From NCBI GenBank assembly GCA_963744715.1, contig CAVUUR010000012.1, positions 1-64,000 of the forward strand: a stretch of 64,000 nucleotides of DNA. The letters run 5' to 3'. A program made the translations under genes and the position numbers. Positions 58,480 to 64,000 of the stretch are shown one piece after another. The stretch's first letter is position 1, and every line of letters begins with the position of its first letter. This DNA is from an uncultured bacterium. Its GTDB lineage: Bacteria; Babelota; Babeliae; Babelales; JACPOV01. The notes under the pieces were generated by a model. That model was not told where the DNA came from, did no database searches, and saw only the letters and a program-made list of their open reading frames with translations.

Positions 58480-59417
58480 TTATTTTCCGTAGTGACCACG
58501 CAACGTTTTATATAGTACCGTTACAAAGTACTTTGTTTGCAGATCAATATCTATTCGTTGTTCTTACTTAGTAGGGGAAGGACGTTTTGTGGCACGGGTT
58601 CTGTAATGGGATTACCTGTAGTGCTTAATATATATAACTTTGGTAAGTTGCCTACTTGATCAGGGATTTTTGTTAGTTTGTTTCTTGCTAAGCGCAATGC
58701 CTCAAGATTGGTGAGGTTGCTAATAGTATCAGGTATTTCCGCTATTCTGTTACCTTCAACATCAATAACTTTGAGACTAGAAAGCGAACAGAGAGCCCCC
58801 GGGAATAAAGTAAGATTATTGTTGCCCAGATGCATTGTTTCTAAGCTTTGTAAGGTAGCGCAATTTTCAGGAAATGTTGTTATTTTGTTGTATGGAATCA
58901 GCAATTCTTTGAGATTGGTGAGATTACTGATGGTTTCAGGTATTTCTAGTATTTGATTACGCTCAAGATCAATAGTTCTAAGTTTAGGCATTGAACAAAG
59001 CACCTCGGGGAATACCTTAAAGTTATTATGACCGAGATAAATCATTGTTAAATCTTGTAGTGTGGCGAAGCTTTGTGGCAACGATTCAATTGTATTACCG
59101 TTTAAAAAGAGCGCGGCAAGGGCAATATTTGACATGAATCGTTGATTCTGTAATAGTTTATTATCCTTTTCCGTTTTAGCGGACTCTGCACGAGTAGTCA
59201 AAATATTAACTTCAGGTTCAAGGTTTTTTATGCTTGATCCAGATAAACTAAGCTGACGAGTGTATCGTAGTTCCCCACTTCTGTTGAAGTTTAACACCAT
59301 AAGAGTTTTACATTGATCATCAAGTGTAGGTTTCCGTGCTTCTAGATCATGTGTGATTTCCATGGCGGCAAGTGAAAAAACACTGATAAGGCTTACCATA
59401 AGAAAACTGTAGTTCAT
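58480..59417 (-). CDS. Secreted leucine-rich repeat protein, with a 1-nt deletion near 58560
   Basis: Close paralogue of 57468..58397; the shared C-terminus FVTVLYKTLRGHYGK continues out of frame to 58480. Confidence 0.9.
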
Positions 59418-59539
59418 ACTGGGATACTCCTGTTATTTTTATATATAGTTAGAATGATATGGGTATAAATCAGAAGGAATGTAGATAAAATTTTAACAAA
59501 TGTAAAGTAGCAGATTAAGTATATGCATCATGCTAACTA

Positions 59540-59632
59540 TTAAAAATGTTTGAACAAACGCAGAAATAATTTAATTCCTTTGGTACGATTTTTTACATGA
59601 CTTTCAAAATATAAATTTGCAAAGAAGACAAA
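59540..59632 (-). repeat. Orphan copy of the last 30 codons of the gene at 60662..61615
   Basis: Encodes FVFFANLYFESHVKNRTKGIKLFLRLFKHF-stop, identical in protein to the intact gene. Confidence 0.9.
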
Positions 59633-59708
59633 ATAAACTTCTTTAATTCAACGTTATGAGTCCTATAATTTTGGGCTAATCTTCAGGGTTAAGTAACTCA
59701 AAGAACCC

Positions 59709-60557
59709 CTACTCTGAATCTACGTTAAATGGATTTCCTTCAATCGCGAATGCACTTAAGTTGTTTTTTAAATGTTCCATGTGCTCAGGAATTTTTGTTA
59801 TGTTGTTGCGTGCTACATAAAACTTTTTAAGCTTGGTGAGATTGATGATAGCAGAAGATATTTCCGGTATTTGATTGTGACCAAGGTCAATCATTGTAAG
59901 ATTAACCAGTGAACAGAGCACCTCCGGAAATACCGTAAGATCGTTATGGCTCACATCGATTTTTTCTAAATTTTGTAATAAAGTAAAATTTTCGGGAAGG
60001 CCTTTTAGTCCGTTGTGGTGTAGAACAAGTTTTTCAAGTCTGGTGAGATTGCTTGCCGTAGTAGGTAATTGTTGTATCTGGTTATTAGAAAGGTCAACGT
60101 TGACAAGCTCAGGCTGTGAGGATAACCATAACACATCAGGGAATTCCTTAAATTGATTATCACTCAGATCAATCTCTCTTAAATTTCGTAATGTGGTAAA
60201 ACTCGGTGGTAGTGATGTGAGTTCATTATACGGCAAATTGAGCTTTGTAAGCATAATAGCTGACATGATGGTTGGGCTCTGCATTAATTTACTAGGTGCT
60301 TCTTTTTTGGCCTCTTCAATAGTGCAGAGCGTGCAAATATCCTCTTCAAGATCTCTTATTTCTAATCGGGACAATTTAAGCTGACGAAAATCATTCAGTG
60401 TACTATGTGAGTCTAATCTCAATAGCATAAATTTTTTACAGTTAAGGCTTAATTGGCTCTCCGGTTGTGCTTCTGATTGAAGCTGTGAATTTTCCATAGC
60501 TAGCAGTGAAAAGACATTAATAGCACTGAGCATAAAAAAACTATAGGTATACTTCAT
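59709..60557 (-). CDS. Secreted leucine-rich repeat protein
   Basis: LRRs; signal peptide ending LA-MEN. Confidence 0.92.
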   Translation of the reverse strand: MKYTYSFFMLSAINVFSLLAMENSQLQSEAQPESQLSLNCKKFMLLRLDSHSTLNDFRQLKLSRLEIRDLEEDICTLCTIEEAKKEAPSKLMQSPTIMSAIMLTKLNLPYNELTSLPPSFTTLRNLREIDLSDNQFKEFPDVLWLSSQPELVNVDLSNNQIQQLPTTASNLTRLEKLVLHHNGLKGLPENFTLLQNLEKIDVSHNDLTVFPEVLCSLVNLTMIDLGHNQIPEISSAIINLTKLKKFYVARNNITKIPEHMEHLKNNLSAFAIEGNPFNVDSE

Positions 60558-60661
60558 AACAACCTAATCCTATTTTTTATATTTTAAAAAGATATGGTAC
60601 CCACAAAAAAACCGTAGATAAAATTCTAACAAATGTAAAGAGTATTGCATTGTGCTCGCTA

Positions 60662-61615
60662 TCAAAAATGTTTGAATAAACGCAAAAACAACTTAATCCC
60701 TTTCGTACGATTTTTTACATGACTTTCAAAATATAAATTTGCAAAGAAAACAAAGTCAATACTGTTGGAGATTAAATAGAGCAAGCCGGGGCCAAGAGCA
60801 AATACCTGTTCACGGCTGTGGGGAACAATGGCGCCATTTAAACGGTCATTTTTAAGTTGTTTAAGAAAATAACCGTTAATACCAATAAAAAGATTTGATA
60901 ACAACCAATATTCTAGAGCATAAGAACCATGTATAGCATCGCCGGCTTTGAGATCAATTTTTTTATCATGACCACACCATAAATAATTTAAACGCCATGA
61001 TGCTGAAAAGCGCGGAGTAAAATATAAAGTTGCAGACCAATACGGATCAATAAAAAAAATATTATTTCCCGGATTGATAAGCTTTTTTGGTTCATCATTT
61101 TTTCCCGTTGGAAAAGAAGCATCAAATTCTATTCTATGCACAAAAATCGGGCGATCTTCATGCATGATAGTATCCCATTGCAAATAGACGCCCATAATAA
61201 GATCGCCCAGGCCATTGCCACTATTAGTTATACCTAATGGATTTTGTTGAACTTTCGCATATAGATCCATAGGAAGCGTAACATCGATACCGGGGCGCGC
61301 TTGAAGAAAAACTTTTTTTTCCCACTGATAAATTACTTGGCTTGCAACGGATATGGAGTTGAAGTTGGGTGAGGGAATACTACCAAGATTGTTTCCGTTA
61401 GTATCAAGAAAGCGATGCGTAGTATAATATTGGAAATATTGTTGTATATACCAACCGGGTTTCGGGCGGAGTGGCCCGCCATCCAAAAAGCTGCTTGATC
61501 CTAAGCCTAATATAGGCAAACCATAACCATGTGCATTATTCATAAAACATGCACAACAGAAGATAACAAATAACTGCGCAACGTTCAGATAATTTGTACT
61601 AAAACGTACTGCCAT
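60662..61615 (-). CDS. Outer-membrane beta-barrel, SphA/phenol MetA-pathway-like channel family
   Basis: LG..SFLDG..P.PGWY, GLGDL, PTG, INPG, GINGY..KQL, LGPG; C-terminal Phe. Confidence 0.8.
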   Translation of the reverse strand: MAVRFSTNYLNVAQLFVIFCCACFMNNAHGYGLPILGLGSSSFLDGGPLRPKPGWYIQQYFQYYTTHRFLDTNGNNLGSIPSPNFNSISVASQVIYQWEKKVFLQARPGIDVTLPMDLYAKVQQNPLGITNSGNGLGDLIMGVYLQWDTIMHEDRPIFVHRIEFDASFPTGKNDEPKKLINPGNNIFFIDPYWSATLYFTPRFSASWRLNYLWCGHDKKIDLKAGDAIHGSYALEYWLLSNLFIGINGYFLKQLKNDRLNGAIVPHSREQVFALGPGLLYLISNSIDFVFFANLYFESHVKNRTKGIKLFLRLFKHF

Positions 61616-61797
61616 ACTGATTATTTTTCTACTATTATTCTAATGTCCTTTTATTACATGCAATTACCATACTATAGAATGAACACAATTACTATGCGGC
61701 AAGATAGACATAATTCTTGTTATTTACAAAGCTATGAATGCGCATTACTATTACAATAATATGCAAATATATTTTTATAGAATATGTGGGAATAACT

Positions 61798-63411
61798 ATG
61801 TGGTATGGACTATTCTTTAGTCTTATTTTTTGTTCTTTTGTTAGTGCTATGGATGAATTGGTATACCAGCCAGAATCGCTTAAAGAATTGTGTAGTGTGA
61901 CGGTTGCCCACAGTATTCATTCAGAAATAAAAAAATATGAATATGAAAGCGTTTGGAAGAACGAGTTGGCTATTAAAGCAAGGCTTGCAGAAATTCCTCA
62001 AACCGTTGGGATACTAGTAGCCGATAAACTTATGTGTCGGTTTAATCATTCCAAAGATATTTTATCAGAAAATTTATTCATTGAAGAAAAAAAGATTGCA
62101 GTTTAAAAAAGAGTTTTTAGGTTCTAAAAATCATCGAATCTACTACGAAGAATAATTAATGCAGAAGCAAAGGATAATGACGCTTTGTTGGCAGAGCTTG
62201 AACTTAAAATGTATCATCCAGTTTCCGAAAGAACTTTAGAAAAAAAAGAATTGATTTCATATGCTGTAAAATCGGGAATAAATCCTTGCAGAGTGATTGC
62301 AGATATGATGATGAAATATCTTAACGATGAAGAGGGTTTTCAAAAAATTTTGGAAATTATATCGTGTGATGGCGTAATGCCATGGATACAAAAGAATGAA
62401 GAATTGCTCAAAAATATGAATGAGCGTAATGATTGGCTAGGCTATTTACAGAGCCGTGGTACAAAAAAACAGATTAAGGCAATAATAGTAGATAATAAGC
62501 ATCCTATACAATTTATCCTGGATAATGATTTTAATTTTCGTAAAAAAGAACAAGAAATTAAGTATCGAATTCAAGCTTTTCCCGATGAATGCAAAAAAGA
62601 TTGTGAACAAACTGTGGAATCTGTTTTAAGATATGGCAGTCCTTATGTTGCCTATGCTTTTTTTAAACATATAAGCCGTGATACCGCTGAAATTCCTGAT
62701 AAAATGAAAGAACGTATATATGCATTACGATCCATTTTTGTTGGATCGTGGCAACATTACAATTTTTTGCTAGGAAAAGCAGCACGAAAAAAAACTGCAA
62801 CGGCCATCTGGAATACGCATCGAGAAATTGTACAATGTCAGCTACAATCTTGTGATGAGAAGAAAACAATCGATCTACAAAAGCTTGAAAAAACAGTACT
62901 CGATCAGCGAAGTTTTGTGCAAAAACATATAGGAAAATGCGGAGTGTTTCAGTTATTGGATCACCTGTTTAAGGTTTTTAAGGGGACAGCGAAATTAAAC
63001 AAAAAACGGTATAATAATAAGAATTCTGCAGCAATTTCATCGCTCTATTTTAATAATCAAGGGGACCATGATCGATACAGTAATGCAATCAAGCAGGCAT
63101 TCCAAGAGTGTCGGCCCTCAAATATTTGGACTTCCGAATATTTTCCATGGCAAACAATGGTTAAAGAAGGTTCAATAATAATGCAGGTACGTGCAGGGCC
63201 CCCCAGAGTTTTTACGTATCCTGAAGATTATGAAGATGTTTTAGGTTATTTTGAAGATACATCAGAGAGAAGAATGACAAAAGATATATCCCCTATTGAA
63301 AAAATTATACTAGCACAAACACCGTGGTATGAACGTCATGCCAATAAGATATGCGCTACCCTTGGATGGTTAGCATATGAAGCAATATTATTTAACGCAT
63401 ATTATTTTTAA
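61798..63411 (+). CDS. Exported protein with N-terminal BC-box; probably one gene, disrupted near 62100-62130
   Basis: Signal peptide ending VSA-MDE; PESLKELCSVTV; the two ORFs share a frame and are bridged by an alternate-frame segment QFKKEFLGSK. Confidence 0.6.
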
Positions 63412-63509
63412 CGCTATCCTAAAATTCATTGATAATGCGTAATGAAAAATGATGTTCGAAAATCTATTTTTATAAAAACATCGTTTAATTATAATGGCAT
63501 TGGTTATTT

Positions 63510-63629
63510 TTAAACGTTTTTACAACAGCAAGTATGCGCTGCAATCTTTTTTGAAAGATTATCAAATCTTTTGCCTAAACGTATATAAATAGCAATAAGA
63601 GCAATAAAGATGAGAAAACTTCCTGACAT
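63510..63629 (-). CDS. 39-aa single-TM microprotein
   Basis: GGAGG RBS 6 nt upstream of ATG; MSGSFLIFIALIAIYIRLGKRFDNLSKKIAAHTCCCKNV. Confidence 0.5.
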   Translation of the reverse strand: MSGSFLIFIALIAIYIRLGKRFDNLSKKIAAHTCCCKNV

Positions 63630-64000
63630 AATATCCTCCATTCAGAATAATTGTTTTTTCAGAGTAATAATCTTTATTATACCGAATGTATAAAAAATGT
63701 CAAATCGAACTTGTTTATTGGTTTAGTACCGAAGTTTTTTGTTGTACTTTTGTTAATAGAGCTTTCATTTCATTGCAGAATGCAGCAGTATCTTGAAGTA
63801 AGGCACTATTGTTAGATATTTTTTCTCTAGGGATTTTCCTCAATAGTATTTGAAAAAGAGATAACTTCTGTTTTATGTTCGTAATCTTTTGTTGTTGTAG
63901 TAAAGAGACTTTTTTTGATTGTTCTGTACATGTTTGTTGTGCCGAAAACAGGGGTTTATATTCCAGTAATAGTATTTTTTGTCCCCGTATCAGATGCGCA

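Noticed and set aside
63700..64000. 3' part of a minus-strand gene entering from the right edge
   Set aside because: Coding-like but broken by stops in each frame and with no recognisable motif; not callable

Overview
AT-rich bacterial chromosomal segment. Gene content suggests an intracellular parasite of protists, most consistent with Candidatus Dependentiae/Babelota (TM6); this assignment is an inference. Housekeeping genes (uppP, ftsK, murF, rsmH, spoVG, tRNA-Gln, hss, pgk, lolC/E-like, rpiB, trxB-trx fusion, pepA, ftsW, murD) are interleaved with about 30 signal-peptide ORFans and eukaryote-like proteins (ANK, LRR x4, Skp1/BTB-like plus propeller, BC-box-like, zinc-finger-like). Many single-base indels, densest at about 2.9-9.8 kb, look like long-read consensus errors. 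The most notable signals are: (1) 16 exported proteins have Met right after the predicted signal-peptide cleavage site, 14 of them as Met-Glu/Asp; (2) a split LigD (PE, Pol, Lig) with an MBL-fold hydrolase inside the operon and no Ku in the window; (3) tandem palindrome plus mini GIY-YIG units fused to the tRNA-Gln 3' end; (4) three cases of orphan duplicated gene 3' ends flanking effector-like genes, one differing from the intact gene only at synonymous sites; (5) an FtsH paralogue with HQAGH instead of HEAGH; (6) a 1930-aa secreted repeat protein. All annotations come from motif recognition by eye; no database searches were run.
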